From positions 25,997 through 89,996 of the IMG/VR virus record IMGVR_UViG_3300020395_000002: a stretch of DNA of 64,000 nucleotides. The stretch is one strand, 5' to 3'. The notes under the pieces are model-generated. The model did not search any database and was not told the DNA's origin. It saw only the letters and a program-made list of their open reading frames with translations. The stretch comes from a virus. A program made the translations under genes and the position numbers. This document shows, piece by piece, positions 1 to 10,809 of the stretch (position 1 is its first letter; each line of letters opens with the position of its first letter).

Positions 1-1
1 T

Positions 2-1585
2 GATACATCAACTACTAGTTCCTTTACCTATAGGACACAGGATGGAACTGCTAAGGCTACTGAAACTTATTGTCCTACCAACGGTTACATAGGATTTGGT
101 ATTGGAGAGACAGAAAAGATAATTGAAGTTAAGACTTTAAACAATGGAGTACGTGATGGATCTAAGTACTTCTTTATGAAGATACAACACGATGGTTGTG
201 GTAAAGTACTCAAAGATGTAGCACGTATATGGATCAAGGATCCTCTCGCTATTAAAGATATCCCAACACTAACTGTACCTGACGTTGGTTTGGTATCATC
301 TGCACCTAATATATCAACAACTAATCCTGTATACTATTTGACTAGTGATAAAGAGGTAGTGTATGAAGGATCAGAAGTTACCTTCACACTAGAGACAGAG
401 AATGTTTCTAATGGTGATGTAATTAACTATACTATTGGAAGAGAATCAACTGGTATTACATATGGAGATATCGAATATGTGATAGAGGATGGTGTAAAGA
501 GTTGGGTTACAGGTGAGACAGATCTACAACGTAGCTTTACTATTAATGATAAGAAAGCACAGGTTACTATCAAGTTACTTGATGATGGTATCGTAGAGGA
601 TACTAATCAAGTAGCAGAACAATTATATATTGAGTTGAATAATCTTAGCACGACTAAGGGTGTTGCAGTACTAGATGCAATACAACAGGTTGCTGATCCC
701 TCTGGTAGAAGTGTTACGATCACACCAGACAGAGCATCCGTACGAGAGGGTGGTTCTATTAAGTATCAGATTACGACTACTAACTTTGATCAAGGAGAAC
801 TACTAGCATATACTATCTTTGGTACTAATATAACTGCGAGTGATATTAAACAACCTCTTAATGGTAACTTATACATTGAAAATAATCAAGCAGAGATTGT
901 TATCGATGTGTTAGAAGATAATACAATAGAGGATCAAGAGAATTTGATCTTCTCTATCGATGAGTATGGTGCACAGGCTACTGTTATCATTTCATTGGAT
1001 CAAGAGACACCAGCAGAAGGTGAAACAGATATTCCTACTGTTGATGATGACCCAGAGTTTGACTTCCCAATCATAAATCCTGATACTGGTGGTATCATAG
1101 ACATTGAAGTTAAGAGATCTGGACGTAGATATATTGCTAAACCATTCATTACATTGGAGAGTAACGTAGGTTATGGTGCTTACGTTGAACCTATTCTTAA
1201 CAGTCAGGGTTATCTGTCACGAGTAAGAGTTCTCAATGGTGGGTTTGGATATACTGGACAGACTAGACCATCCAACACTGTCTGTCAGTTAGTTAATATA
1301 TTCCTCACTAATGTTGGTGGATTCTATACTGCACCACCTAGAGTACTAGTTGATGGTGTATCTGGCATCGCACGTGCTACAATAAGTGCACAAGGATGGG
1401 TTACTGGTATTGAATTGATCCGTAAGGATATGCAGTATCCTTATGTACCTAAGGTAGAAATCTTTGGTAGCAATGGATTCGGTGCAAGGGCAATCGCTGA
1501 TTTACAGTGTGTTCCTGCTGAGGAGTCCAATCTTATTCTTCAGGGACTTGCTGCTGACCCTGCTAATTATGTTGACTGTCCCTAA
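2..1585 (+). CDS. Large baseplate hub/gp5-region structural protein, C-terminal part (5'-truncated), with Calx-beta-like domains
   Basis: The frame of ORF 176..1585 is open back to position 2 (DTSTTSSFTYRTQDGTAK...GFGIGETEKIIEVKTLNNG, Calx-beta-like). It has further Calx-like repeats (VTIKLLDDGIVE, IDVLEDNTIEDQE) and GxGYxxP repeats. Its stop overlaps the next start (TAATG). Confidence 0.6.
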   Translation, partial: DTSTTSSFTYRTQDGTAKATETYCPTNGYIGFGIGETEKIIEVKTLNNGVRDGSKYFFMKIQHDGCGKVLKDVARIWIKDPLAIKDIPTLTVPDVGLVSSAPNISTTNPVYYLTSDKEVVYEGSEVTFTLETENVSNGDVINYTIGRESTGITYGDIEYVIEDGVKSWVTGETDLQRSFTINDKKAQVTIKLLDDGIVEDTNQVAEQLYIELNNLSTTKGVAVLDAIQQVADPSGRSVTITPDRASVREGGSIKYQITTTNFDQGELLAYTIFGTNITASDIKQPLNGNLYIENNQAEIVIDVLEDNTIEDQENLIFSIDEYGAQATVIISLDQETPAEGETDIPTVDDDPEFDFPIINPDTGGIIDIEVKRSGRRYIAKPFITLESNVGYGAYVEPILNSQGYLSRVRVLNGGFGYTGQTRPSNTVCQLVNIFLTNVGGFYTAPPRVLVDGVSGIARATISAQGWVTGIELIRKDMQYPYVPKVEIFGSNGFGARAIADLQCVPAEESNLILQGLAADPANYVDCP

Positions 1586-2490
1586 TGGCATACGACCCGA
1601 CAATTACTGACACCCAGACTCAAATATCTGGTAGTGGTCATATTAAACAAGAATGTGATCACGTTGATGACGCATATATGATCATCAAGCACAAGGAAGG
1701 ACATCATATCTTCCTAGATGCCGATGGATCTGTTCAAATATGTGCAGTAAAGGTACCTGCTGACAATAAAAATGCAGGTAAATTGAAGGTTAGTGTCTGG
1801 GGTGATGCTATGGTTAAGATTCGTCAAGACGCTGATATAGAAGTCGTTGGTGAAGCATCCGTAAAGGTTGATGGAGATATAAATGCACACACTCAGGGAG
1901 ATTTTAAGATTGGTGCAGCAGGTAATGTAAAGATTGTAGCTGATAAGAACATAGAGTTACAAGCTGGACAAGCAATAGGTCTAGGTGCTAAGGCAAAATT
2001 AGCTATAGACACTCCTAGGATAGAAGAGAACACAGATATGAAGAAGAGTACTGTTAGTGGTCCTGTTACTGATGAGATTCACGGTGAGAGAACTCTTGCT
2101 ATGACTGATACTAGAGGTACCTTCCACATTAAGAGTAAAGGTCATTTGGTAACTAATGTTCTTGGTGACTCTTATGAGATGATTACAGGTAAAAAGAATC
2201 TTAAAGTAATGGGTAATATATCTGCACCACCACTACCTGTTATGGCTGGTCAGAAAGCAGCATATGCAAGTATGATAGGTGTTGCAGGTGGTACAGGTAG
2301 AGATGAAAAGATTATGATAGGTAATGATGTCACTACTGTTACGGTAGGTAACAAAGTGACTAACGTAGCAGCAGGTAACCTTGTCAATACAGCAGGTGCT
2401 GGTACAATTACAATGGCAGCAGGAGTTAATGCTACTATAACAGCGTCCTCTAACGTAACTATTGCAGGAGCTACAGTTTTCTTGAATTAA
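1585..2490 (+). CDS. gp5/VgrG-like C-terminal beta-helix spike protein
   Basis: Val/Gly-rich ~8-residue repeats (VKVDGDINAHTQGDFKIGAAGNVKIVADKNIEL) and the C-terminus ...IAGATVFLN are typical of gp5/GpV/VgrG spikes. Confidence 0.65.
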   Translation: MAYDPTITDTQTQISGSGHIKQECDHVDDAYMIIKHKEGHHIFLDADGSVQICAVKVPADNKNAGKLKVSVWGDAMVKIRQDADIEVVGEASVKVDGDINAHTQGDFKIGAAGNVKIVADKNIELQAGQAIGLGAKAKLAIDTPRIEENTDMKKSTVSGPVTDEIHGERTLAMTDTRGTFHIKSKGHLVTNVLGDSYEMITGKKNLKVMGNISAPPLPVMAGQKAAYASMIGVAGGTGRDEKIMIGNDVTTVTVGNKVTNVAAGNLVNTAGAGTITMAAGVNATITASSNVTIAGATVFLN

Positions 2491-2510
2491 GTTGACAACT
2501 ATGCTATACT
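2482..2510 (+). promoter_or_regulatory. sigma70-type promoter
   Basis: TTGAAT-17 nt-TATACT with an extended -10 TG, just upstream of ORF 2521. Confidence 0.45.
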
Positions 2511-2520
2511 GTGAACACGT

Positions 2521-2724
2521 ATGGGAAGGTCAGAGATGACTGAGGACTATCTGAACAAAGTTGTTGTAGATGTTGAATCACGTTGCGTCAGGATTTATTC
2601 TGATGAAGGTGAGAGCAATACAATTGACTGTTCCGATGACTATGAAGCCTTTCTTCGAGTCGTAGAACTATGTCGCAACGAAGCGTCAGAGGAGACTGTC
2701 TACGCTCCACTCTCAGATAGCTAA
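2521..2724 (+). CDS. Small acidic cyanophage hypothetical protein
   Basis: ORF track. It resembles the small VVVD..R...LYS.EG....V.C proteins that follow gp5 in cyanomyoviruses (from memory). Confidence 0.6.
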   Translation: MGRSEMTEDYLNKVVVDVESRCVRIYSDEGESNTIDCSDDYEAFLRVVELCRNEASEETVYAPLSDS

Positions 2725-2837
2725 TCTGAGGGAAATTCGGGTTTCGATTCCCTGAAACTCGACAAAAAAACTCAGGCGGTTTTTACCCCCTTTAGTTTTT
2801 TTATGTTATACTATATACATCACCAGATTTCGTCGTT

Positions 2838-3683
2838 ATGGCTCAACAGACCAATAAACCAGACCAATACGGTTTATTTTCATTATTCCCGATGTTCGTC
2901 TATCGTGGAAAACTTCAAACACACGCAAAGTGGAAAGATTTAGTCGAACCGATACTTACTAGGAGATATAAGGAACAGAATTCAAATAGTAATACACGGG
3001 ATACTGGTGGTACAGCATCTTGGAATTGTGATTGCTATACAACATTTTTTGATGAAAGTATGGTAGATCATAGTAAGGATCCTGAGATTCCTTACGGTGA
3101 TTTGCTTCAAGACTGTTCACAGAACATTCAAGAAGCTATCAAAATGGCAGAGTTTTATCCTCACGCATTTCTGGTCGCACAACAGTGGTTTAACGTATAT
3201 GGTCCTGGACAAAATCAGGAACCCCATAATCACGTTCCTTCACATTTGTCTGGTGTCTATTATATGAAGTATGACAATGACATTCATAATTCGACCACAT
3301 ATATGAATCCTAATAAGATGTTTTTCGAGGCACCTCGTTATAACAAGCATTATTACGATCCTGAGTTATGTGGCTATGGATGCTATAAAGAGGAAATGAC
3401 TCTACAAGTCGAGGAAGGAGATATTGTTATTTTCCCTTCTCAGTTGGAACATATGGTTCAAAGGCAACCTGGTATTGTCAAGAATCCTAATGGTGAATTG
3501 TATATGTCATTCTCCTTTAATGTTGAATTGGTTACAGAAACTGAAGCACAGCAACGTCTAGGTGGTAACCCTAAGATGGAACAACAACCAGGTGATTATC
3601 CTACGACATCCATTCCTACAGAAGGAGGTCCGCCAGCTCCAGAAGGCAACCAATCAGGTGAATGGTCATCTGACTGGTTCTAA
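2838..3683 (+). CDS. 2OG-Fe(II) oxygenase (TIGR02466-like)
   Basis: LFPMFVY N-terminus, WFN, HNH..SHLSGVYY, EGDIVIFPSQLEHMV, SFSFN. Confidence 0.85.
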   Translation: MAQQTNKPDQYGLFSLFPMFVYRGKLQTHAKWKDLVEPILTRRYKEQNSNSNTRDTGGTASWNCDCYTTFFDESMVDHSKDPEIPYGDLLQDCSQNIQEAIKMAEFYPHAFLVAQQWFNVYGPGQNQEPHNHVPSHLSGVYYMKYDNDIHNSTTYMNPNKMFFEAPRYNKHYYDPELCGYGCYKEEMTLQVEEGDIVIFPSQLEHMVQRQPGIVKNPNGELYMSFSFNVELVTETEAQQRLGGNPKMEQQPGDYPTTSIPTEGGPPAPEGNQSGEWSSDWF

Positions 3684-3692
3684 TTTCAACAC

Positions 3693-3722
3693 ACAGGGGG
3701 AGACAAAAATCCCCCTTGTTTG
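3693..3722 (+). terminator. Intrinsic terminator-like hairpin
   Basis: GGGGGA-gacaaaaa-TCCCCC followed by TTGTTT, after the stop of ORF 2838..3683. Confidence 0.55.
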
Positions 3723-3758
3723 ATAATATAATAAGTATAACTAATCTTATTACCTACA

Positions 3759-3923
3759 ATGAACGGCAGATTAGACAAAGTTGCAATGACCTCCAAACTT
3801 ATGCAACTTAAAAGAGAGCTACACTACAAATGTGAAATTGGAGAAAAAGGAGAGTGGGAATGTAGAGGTGCAAATGAGTACCTAAACAGAACTCTCGATA
3901 TATTGGACGAGTACCATCAATGA
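3759..3923 (+). CDS. Small cyanophage hypothetical protein (54 aa, below the ORF-track cutoff)
   Basis: Hand-translated MNGRLDKVAMTSKLMQLKRELHYKCEIGEKGEWECRGANEYLNRTLDILDEYHQ; ATGA overlap with the next gene. Confidence 0.7.
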   Translation: MNGRLDKVAMTSKLMQLKRELHYKCEIGEKGEWECRGANEYLNRTLDILDEYHQ

Positions 3924-4258
3924 CACCAAACATACACGACATACCTGGAATAGGTGCCTTCTACACTAAATCAGAAGTAGATGACCTGATCAAGGCTGCT
4001 GTGGATGAAGCAAGGGCAATTGATGAAGAGTCGATGCGTAAACACAACCGAGACGCTACAATTATCTCTATGATACTCGGTTTTACCTGTTTAGCACTAT
4101 TTGTAGACGGATTACTAAGAATTTTAGGTATTATACCTCCATTTGCAGGTCTTGATGTTAATATCATCGATCAGATTGTAGAAAAGGTGGAAAAGGACGT
4201 TTTGCCATTAGTTGAACCTACTTTACAGAAAGGACTTCAATACATACCTGGTAGATAA
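3920..4258 (+). CDS. Hypothetical membrane protein
   Basis: One hydrophobic segment (IISMILGFTCLALFVDGLLRILGIIPPF); translationally coupled to the upstream ORF. Confidence 0.7.
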   Translation: MTPNIHDIPGIGAFYTKSEVDDLIKAAVDEARAIDEESMRKHNRDATIISMILGFTCLALFVDGLLRILGIIPPFAGLDVNIIDQIVEKVEKDVLPLVEPTLQKGLQYIPGR

Positions 4259-4266
4259 TATAAATA
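4259..4266 (+). promoter_or_regulatory. T4-type late promoter
   Basis: Perfect TATAAATA 33 nt upstream of the tail fibre start codon. Confidence 0.75.
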
Positions 4267-4299
4267 CCCAAAGGATATCCAAATACAGTATTATAGGTA

Positions 4300-7200
4300 A
4301 TGGCACTTACCAGATTAGAGAATCTTATATCCAGTAAAACTGGACGTTTCGTCTACGTTTCTCCTGATGACTTTAACGCATCTGATGACGTAAACAACAG
4401 AGGTAATTCTCCCACCCGACCATTTAAGAGTATACAGCGTGCGTTTCTTGAAGTTTCACGCTTTTCATACAAATCAGGACCAGATAACGACAGGTTTGAC
4501 GAGTTCACAGTCGTATTGTCTCCAGGAGATCATTATATTGATAACAGACCAGGTGTAGCTAGTGCCAGTCTTATACCTGATTTTAGTACCAATGTTAACT
4601 TTGATTTAGGTAACTCTCAGAACGACCTATACAAGTTTAACCCATTAACAGGTGGTGTAATTGTCCCTAGAGGTACTTCTCTAGTGGGTATGGACTTAAG
4701 AAAGACGAAAGTCCGTCCTTTGTATATCCCTAACCCTACTGATGATACTATACCAGAATCATCTATATTCAATGTAACTGGTGGATGCTATTTCTGGCAG
4801 TTCTCAATATTTGACGGTAAGCAGAAGGTATATTTCGACACTACAGGAAATAAGGCCAATCCTACATTCTCACACCATAAGATCACCAACTTTACTTTTG
4901 CTGATGCAGAAGATCTAACTCTTTATTATGATAAGATTGGTGATGCCTATGTTAATATGGTCACCGACATTGACGTTGACGGTGCTATTGAGGAGACTGA
5001 CCTAGAAAACAGAATTGTTGGTCCTCTATCAGATAAGAAGATTATTGAGTCGATTACACCTCAGACACTTGGTGGTAATGCGACAGAAATTAAAATTAAG
5101 ACAAAAGCACCTCACGGTTATTTTGTAGGGCAGTTTGTTACGATTGATGACACTGGTCTAACGAATGACCTTCACGGTTCATTCCTAATTACACGTTTAG
5201 ACCCTGCTGATAATACACTATTCTATTATCGTGTTAATGAGAGTATTACCTCTCTAATTTCAGGTACTACCTATACTACTGCATCTCTACCTCCTAACAG
5301 GTTGAATGAGAACGCTATTGTACAGGCAGAGATTGACACTGTTGACTCAGCGTCACCATATATGTTCAACCTGTCTATCAGATCCACTTGGGGTCTGTGT
5401 GGTATGCACGCTGATGGATCTAAGGTTACTGGATTCAAATCTATGGTTTGTGCACAGTATACTGGTGTATCACTACAGAAAGATGACAGAGCATTTACTA
5501 AGTTTAACGAAGAGACAGCACAGTTTGACTCAGCGTGGAATGGCGTAGCTGTAACAGATCCAGAAGAATTATCTACTGGTTCATTCGCTACTACACCATA
5601 TCATACTGATGGTAGAGCATACTTTAAGAATGAATGGCGTAACGCTCACGTTCGTCTATCTAATGATGCTTTCATTCAGGCAGTTTCGATCTTCGCTGTT
5701 GGTTTCGCAGATCACTTCCTAATTGAGTCTGGTGCTGACATTTCAATTACCAACAGTAACAGTAACTTTGGTAATACTGCTCTAGATGCTATTGGATACA
5801 AAGGATATTCATTCTTCCAAGATAAGCACGGATATATTACTGATATTGTTCCTCCACAGACAGTTGATTTAGAAGATACCACAGAACCTCCATACTACGG
5901 TATCGATATTATTGCGTCTAAAGAACCTTCTGGTCAGACACGTGTTTACCTATCAGGTGAACCAGAAGAGATTTCGGATCCAGATAAGACACCAACATAT
6001 ATTCTACAAGACTATAAGATCGGTTCTAAGCGTGATGACAGAATATACTCTAAATTAGAACCAGATATCGCTGGTGGTGAGGCAGGTCCACAAGAGAAGT
6101 CTGCTGAACTATCACCTAGTGGTTTCGATACTTTCACTATAACAACTCTTTCTACTGCATCACAGTCAGAACAGAACGCACAAGGTGAAACGATTACATA
6201 TCGTACCACAATCTTCACTTGTCCTGAAGCACACGGTTTATATACAGGTACTCCAGTTCGTTTAGTACCGAAGAGAACTAGTAATACTATTGCTGATGAA
6301 TTGGTACGTCTTCCTAAGGGATTGATACCTAATACTGTATACTACCTTATTTCTCCAGGTCGTCATACACAACCTGTACCACCAGATCAGACATTCCCCA
6401 CAGAGGATCTAAACACATTCTTGTTGGCAGCATCTGAAGATGACGCTGCTGCTGGTAACGCTATCTACATTCCAGAAGGTTTAAACTCTGGTGTTCAGAT
6501 ACAGATGTTCCAGTACATCTTTGATGTCATCCCAACACCTTACAAGTATAAGATCACTAATGCTGATCCTGCTACTAATGAGTTTACACTAGAGTCTCCA
6601 CACGTATTTGATAAGGGTTTTGCAACTAAAGCAGCAACACCTGTATTCTTCCGTGCTAAGCCTGGATCTCAACTTCCTGGTGGACTTGATAAGAATAAGA
6701 TGTATTACGTCATCTATGACAATACTGACGCTAATACTAATAAGTTTAAGATTGCAGAGTCTGCTGCACTAGCTATCCAAGGTGGTGGTGTTCCGTTTAG
6801 TATCACATCTAGTGGTACTGTTGGACAAGTAGGTCAAGATGAAATATTTGTCTTCTCCTGCAATAGTCGTCACCCACTAAGGTATGACCCAGAAATGACC
6901 GCATCTCCTCTAAGGAGTGGTCATTGGTATATGAATGTACTTAATACAGGTACACAACCTAACACAATATATCAAAGAATTTCATCTCTCACGGAGTATA
7001 CCAGTGAAGAAATTATCTCAACTTCAAATACATACATCAAACGTATCAACGATAGACGTAGGGAAGATGACCGTATCTATCGTCTCCGCTACGTCATCCC
7101 CAAGGAGGTTGATAACGTCAGGGAACCATTGCTCGGTTATGTCCTTAAGATCAGAACTGACGAGAATAGAAGACTAAGACCTCAGAAAGTTGTTCTTGAA

Positions 7201-10200
7201 GCACTTGATGGTACTTCAGATTTACCGACATTCTATGGTGGATCTCCTACTATAGATGGTCTTGGTAATAACTTACCTATTCAGAATGACTTTAACTATG
7301 ATCCATATCTAACTGGTAATAGTAAGGCTCTAGTAACTGACTCTGGTATTAAGTTTACAATTGAATCAGCAAGACAGAAGACAATAACAGGTATTAATAG
7401 AATTGAATTAACTGTTGTAGATCATACTATCAACACTAACATAGCTGCTGGTACTGCACTAGCATCTGGTACTATACTTACAGAATTTAAACTAACCAGT
7501 GTTGCTGGTGGTGGATTTATAACTGGTAACTCAGTTGCTTGGTCTGGATTCTCAAGTAGTGCTCCTATTAGTGGTACACTTCCTACTGTACATAAACAGT
7601 ATACTGAAGGTGGAAACACATATGTTGTTGTAGCTAGTGACTTCTCACTACTACCTTATATTAAGTACAATGCTGGTACAAGTACTATACTTGCTAGTGG
7701 TAGTGGTACTGGTATATTGGCAGAGAAGCCAAATGGTGGTAGAGATGACTTTAAGAATTATGATGATGATCTTGGTAGACAGTATGTTATCCAGAATGCA
7801 CCAGTATACACACTGACACCTGGCGATTTCGTTAGGGATGAAACTGACGGTAACCAGAAAGATTATAAGGTTGTATCTGTAGAAGATGTTGATGAGATTA
7901 CAAATACCTACTACATCTATCGTGTTAAGACTCTTCGTAAGAGAATTTACAATCAGCAAGATGGTATTTACTATCTAACTGCTCTACGTGGTGACTTTGC
8001 ACCATCTGTAAGTGAGTTTAACTCATTCAAGTTTGGTCATCCAACAGAGAGACTATATCCTGAATTATTTGCTGATGATCCACTATGGTTCGACCCTAAT
8101 GGTGACGGTTCTACTATTGCTGATGCTCCAGCAACTATCTCTGTTGCTGACAACTATGTTCACGGTCTTGTTGTTGCTGATGACAATAAGAATAGTATTA
8201 CGAGGGAGGCTACAGAAAGCATCCTAGGAAATATCGGTAGATTTGGTTCTGGTGCTGCTAATCCTGTTACTCTCGGAGCAATGGAAGGTAAGGCAGTTGC
8301 TTCTCGTGAAGACAGAGTTATTGGTATTGAAGGTAATAGTACTGATGTTGCTGATCGTAGGTTCTATGTTGAACTTAGACGACCTTCACAGGCAAGATCT
8401 GGTAACCATACCTTTGAATATACTGGTTTTGGTCCAGGTAACTACTCAACTGCATTCCCATCTAGACAGGAATACGTTCTATCTGATGATGAAGTCCTCT
8501 TCTCTCAGGCAAAACGTCAAGACGGTGGTGTTGTATTCTATTCTGGTCTAAACGCTAACGGTGATCTATTCGTTGGTAACCAAAGAATCAATGCTATCTC
8601 TGGTGAAGAGACTAAGATTGATGACTCTATTCTAAGGGTAGCTGGTGAGAACGTTGATGAGGAAGAGAATACTAATGACATCACGGTTGATACACTAACT
8701 GTTAATAATAAAGTTAAGTTCAATCTATCAAATGACTTCCTAATATCTGCTCTTGGTGGTACTAAGTTTACCTCACCTGTTGAGATAGCTCTATCAGAAG
8801 ATCCATTTGCTAATAGTAGTGATGATCCTCCTGCATTAAAGATTAAGAGTGTTGGTAATATTAGTAACCCATCTGTTGATGCATTCCTGACTACAACAGA
8901 TATGGAATTCAATCCAGTGTTCAAACCTAATAGTATTAAGTTTGCTCAATGGATAATTAACCCACGTAATGAAACTAGTGGACTTGAATATGCAATCAAG
9001 ACTTCTGTAGATAAGGTTGTACCTGCTTCAGAAAGTTTCAAACAAGAAGGTACAATTGAACTTCGTGGTACTCAGACAGTTGGTGAAGCACATAGAATTG
9101 CTAACGTCAACTATAACACTACACTAGGTTGGATATACACTCAGATTGGTGGATATCAAGGTGGTGAAACTCCTGAGTATGGATGGAGAGAATGGGGTGT
9201 AATTGGTGCTGATGCACTAACCACATATACTACAGGTGGTGGTTCTACTGCTAATGATCCTGGTAATGATATGAGGTTGGGTATTAACCTCAGAAACGTA
9301 CGTACTACTAATGCTAGTGTTATTCCAACACAGACATTAGATGTAGAAGGTTCTGGTATCTTCCGTAACTCTCTATGGGTTGGTGGTGATAACCTTAACC
9401 CAACTGGACAACATACACTACGTGTATTTGATGATGATGGTAATGGTATAGGACGTGTACACGTTAACAGTGGTGAAACAACAGAGACACTGGCTAATAT
9501 TGGTCTATGGGTTGGTGGTGACACTATCATTCGTGGATCTGGTGCTGGAACTGCTCCTGTTGAATCAGTTGGTGGTGGACAAGCACAAGGTAACTTGACT
9601 ATTGATGGTACCTTTACTGCTTTAAGTAATGGTTCTCACGAAATGGTGGGTGACCTAACAGTTACCAAGGACTTGTATGTCCGTGGTGGTAATATGAAGA
9701 TGTATCAGATAGATAGCGGTACTGATTTACGTATTGATGTACAACAAGCTAACACTGCTGCTTCTTCTAACTATATCTCTGCACACGGTCAGAACATTGT
9801 AGTTGGTGATGCCATCTATACTAACGATCATTTTGACGATGCATCAACTGCTAAGTTAGTTGCTCTCTCAGACGGATCTGCACGTATCGGTAATGCTAAT
9901 AGTGGTATTCAGATGACTGATACCAGTATGGTTTCTATCGGTTCTGCTACACCTGACATTGCACAAAGACTATGGGTTAAAGGTTCTACTAAGATTGAAC
10001 TTGATAGTGCTGAACTATTCTCAGTATACAACCAGACTACTCCTAGACTTACAATGAATAAGGATGGGCGTATTGATCTAGTTGGTTCTGGTAGTCTTAC
10101 TGATCCTACTGGACGTTGGGATGCTAATGGTGCATTATCTATTGGTAATGACTTCCTAATTGGTAAGACACACATCAATGATGATGCAACTTATAGCATT

Positions 10201-10809
10201 GACTCACAGACTGGTAATACAGTTATTGGTAATGATACAGATAACTCTGGTACATTAACAGTTCATAGTAACACTAACTCATCATCTAAAGATACTGGTG
10301 CAGTTATAATTGCAGACGGTGGTCTTGGAGTTGAGGGTAACATCAATGCTGGTGGAGACATCAATGCTGGTGGAAATATATCCTCTGCTACTGGTGCACT
10401 TGATATCAACAATGGTGGATCTAATAACTTCAAGGTTAATACTGACGGTAGTATTGACATCAATCAAGTTACTGGATACTTTACACCTACAGGTGGACGT
10501 AAGTGGGTTGGAACTGGTGTAGACGCTACTCTAGAAGTTAATACTAACTACTATGTTACTACATTTGGTGCTGCTACATTAACGTTGACATTACCTTCTG
10601 CTCCTCAGAAAGGAGATGAGATACGTATTCTAGATACTACAGATGGATTGACTTATAATAAGTCTATCATTGTACAATCACCTCAGGGTGGTACCGTCGT
10701 TCCTGTTCAAGGAGACTCTCAAGGTCAACTTGTTATTCAGACACCAGGTGCTGGCTTGGGTCTTGTTTATCTTACTGCTTCAATCGGTTGGAGACTAATT
10801 GAACTATAA
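4300..10809 (+). CDS. Large tail fibre / virion structural protein (2169 aa)
   Basis: The N-terminus MALTRLENL...VYVSPDDFNASD..NRGNSPTRPFKSIQRAFLE is characteristic of cyanomyovirus tail-fibre-like proteins. It has beta-helix segments, a GGLGVEGNINAGG repeat and a C-terminal LTLPSAPQKGDEIRILD...GWRL domain. Confidence 0.8.
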   Translation: MALTRLENLISSKTGRFVYVSPDDFNASDDVNNRGNSPTRPFKSIQRAFLEVSRFSYKSGPDNDRFDEFTVVLSPGDHYIDNRPGVASASLIPDFSTNVNFDLGNSQNDLYKFNPLTGGVIVPRGTSLVGMDLRKTKVRPLYIPNPTDDTIPESSIFNVTGGCYFWQFSIFDGKQKVYFDTTGNKANPTFSHHKITNFTFADAEDLTLYYDKIGDAYVNMVTDIDVDGAIEETDLENRIVGPLSDKKIIESITPQTLGGNATEIKIKTKAPHGYFVGQFVTIDDTGLTNDLHGSFLITRLDPADNTLFYYRVNESITSLISGTTYTTASLPPNRLNENAIVQAEIDTVDSASPYMFNLSIRSTWGLCGMHADGSKVTGFKSMVCAQYTGVSLQKDDRAFTKFNEETAQFDSAWNGVAVTDPEELSTGSFATTPYHTDGRAYFKNEWRNAHVRLSNDAFIQAVSIFAVGFADHFLIESGADISITNSNSNFGNTALDAIGYKGYSFFQDKHGYITDIVPPQTVDLEDTTEPPYYGIDIIASKEPSGQTRVYLSGEPEEISDPDKTPTYILQDYKIGSKRDDRIYSKLEPDIAGGEAGPQEKSAELSPSGFDTFTITTLSTASQSEQNAQGETITYRTTIFTCPEAHGLYTGTPVRLVPKRTSNTIADELVRLPKGLIPNTVYYLISPGRHTQPVPPDQTFPTEDLNTFLLAASEDDAAAGNAIYIPEGLNSGVQIQMFQYIFDVIPTPYKYKITNADPATNEFTLESPHVFDKGFATKAATPVFFRAKPGSQLPGGLDKNKMYYVIYDNTDANTNKFKIAESAALAIQGGGVPFSITSSGTVGQVGQDEIFVFSCNSRHPLRYDPEMTASPLRSGHWYMNVLNTGTQPNTIYQRISSLTEYTSEEIISTSNTYIKRINDRRREDDRIYRLRYVIPKEVDNVREPLLGYVLKIRTDENRRLRPQKVVLEALDGTSDLPTFYGGSPTIDGLGNNLPIQNDFNYDPYLTGNSKALVTDSGIKFTIESARQKTITGINRIELTVVDHTINTNIAAGTALASGTILTEFKLTSVAGGGFITGNSVAWSGFSSSAPISGTLPTVHKQYTEGGNTYVVVASDFSLLPYIKYNAGTSTILASGSGTGILAEKPNGGRDDFKNYDDDLGRQYVIQNAPVYTLTPGDFVRDETDGNQKDYKVVSVEDVDEITNTYYIYRVKTLRKRIYNQQDGIYYLTALRGDFAPSVSEFNSFKFGHPTERLYPELFADDPLWFDPNGDGSTIADAPATISVADNYVHGLVVADDNKNSITREATESILGNIGRFGSGAANPVTLGAMEGKAVASREDRVIGIEGNSTDVADRRFYVELRRPSQARSGNHTFEYTGFGPGNYSTAFPSRQEYVLSDDEVLFSQAKRQDGGVVFYSGLNANGDLFVGNQRINAISGEETKIDDSILRVAGENVDEEENTNDITVDTLTVNNKVKFNLSNDFLISALGGTKFTSPVEIALSEDPFANSSDDPPALKIKSVGNISNPSVDAFLTTTDMEFNPVFKPNSIKFAQWIINPRNETSGLEYAIKTSVDKVVPASESFKQEGTIELRGTQTVGEAHRIANVNYNTTLGWIYTQIGGYQGGETPEYGWREWGVIGADALTTYTTGGGSTANDPGNDMRLGINLRNVRTTNASVIPTQTLDVEGSGIFRNSLWVGGDNLNPTGQHTLRVFDDDGNGIGRVHVNSGETTETLANIGLWVGGDTIIRGSGAGTAPVESVGGGQAQGNLTIDGTFTALSNGSHEMVGDLTVTKDLYVRGGNMKMYQIDSGTDLRIDVQQANTAASSNYISAHGQNIVVGDAIYTNDHFDDASTAKLVALSDGSARIGNANSGIQMTDTSMVSIGSATPDIAQRLWVKGSTKIELDSAELFSVYNQTTPRLTMNKDGRIDLVGSGSLTDPTGRWDANGALSIGNDFLIGKTHINDDATYSIDSQTGNTVIGNDTDNSGTLTVHSNTNSSSKDTGAVIIADGGLGVEGNINAGGDINAGGNISSATGALDINNGGSNNFKVNTDGSIDINQVTGYFTPTGGRKWVGTGVDATLEVNTNYYVTTFGAATLTLTLPSAPQKGDEIRILDTTDGLTYNKSIIVQSPQGGTVVPVQGDSQGQLVIQTPGAGLGLVYLTASIGWRLIEL

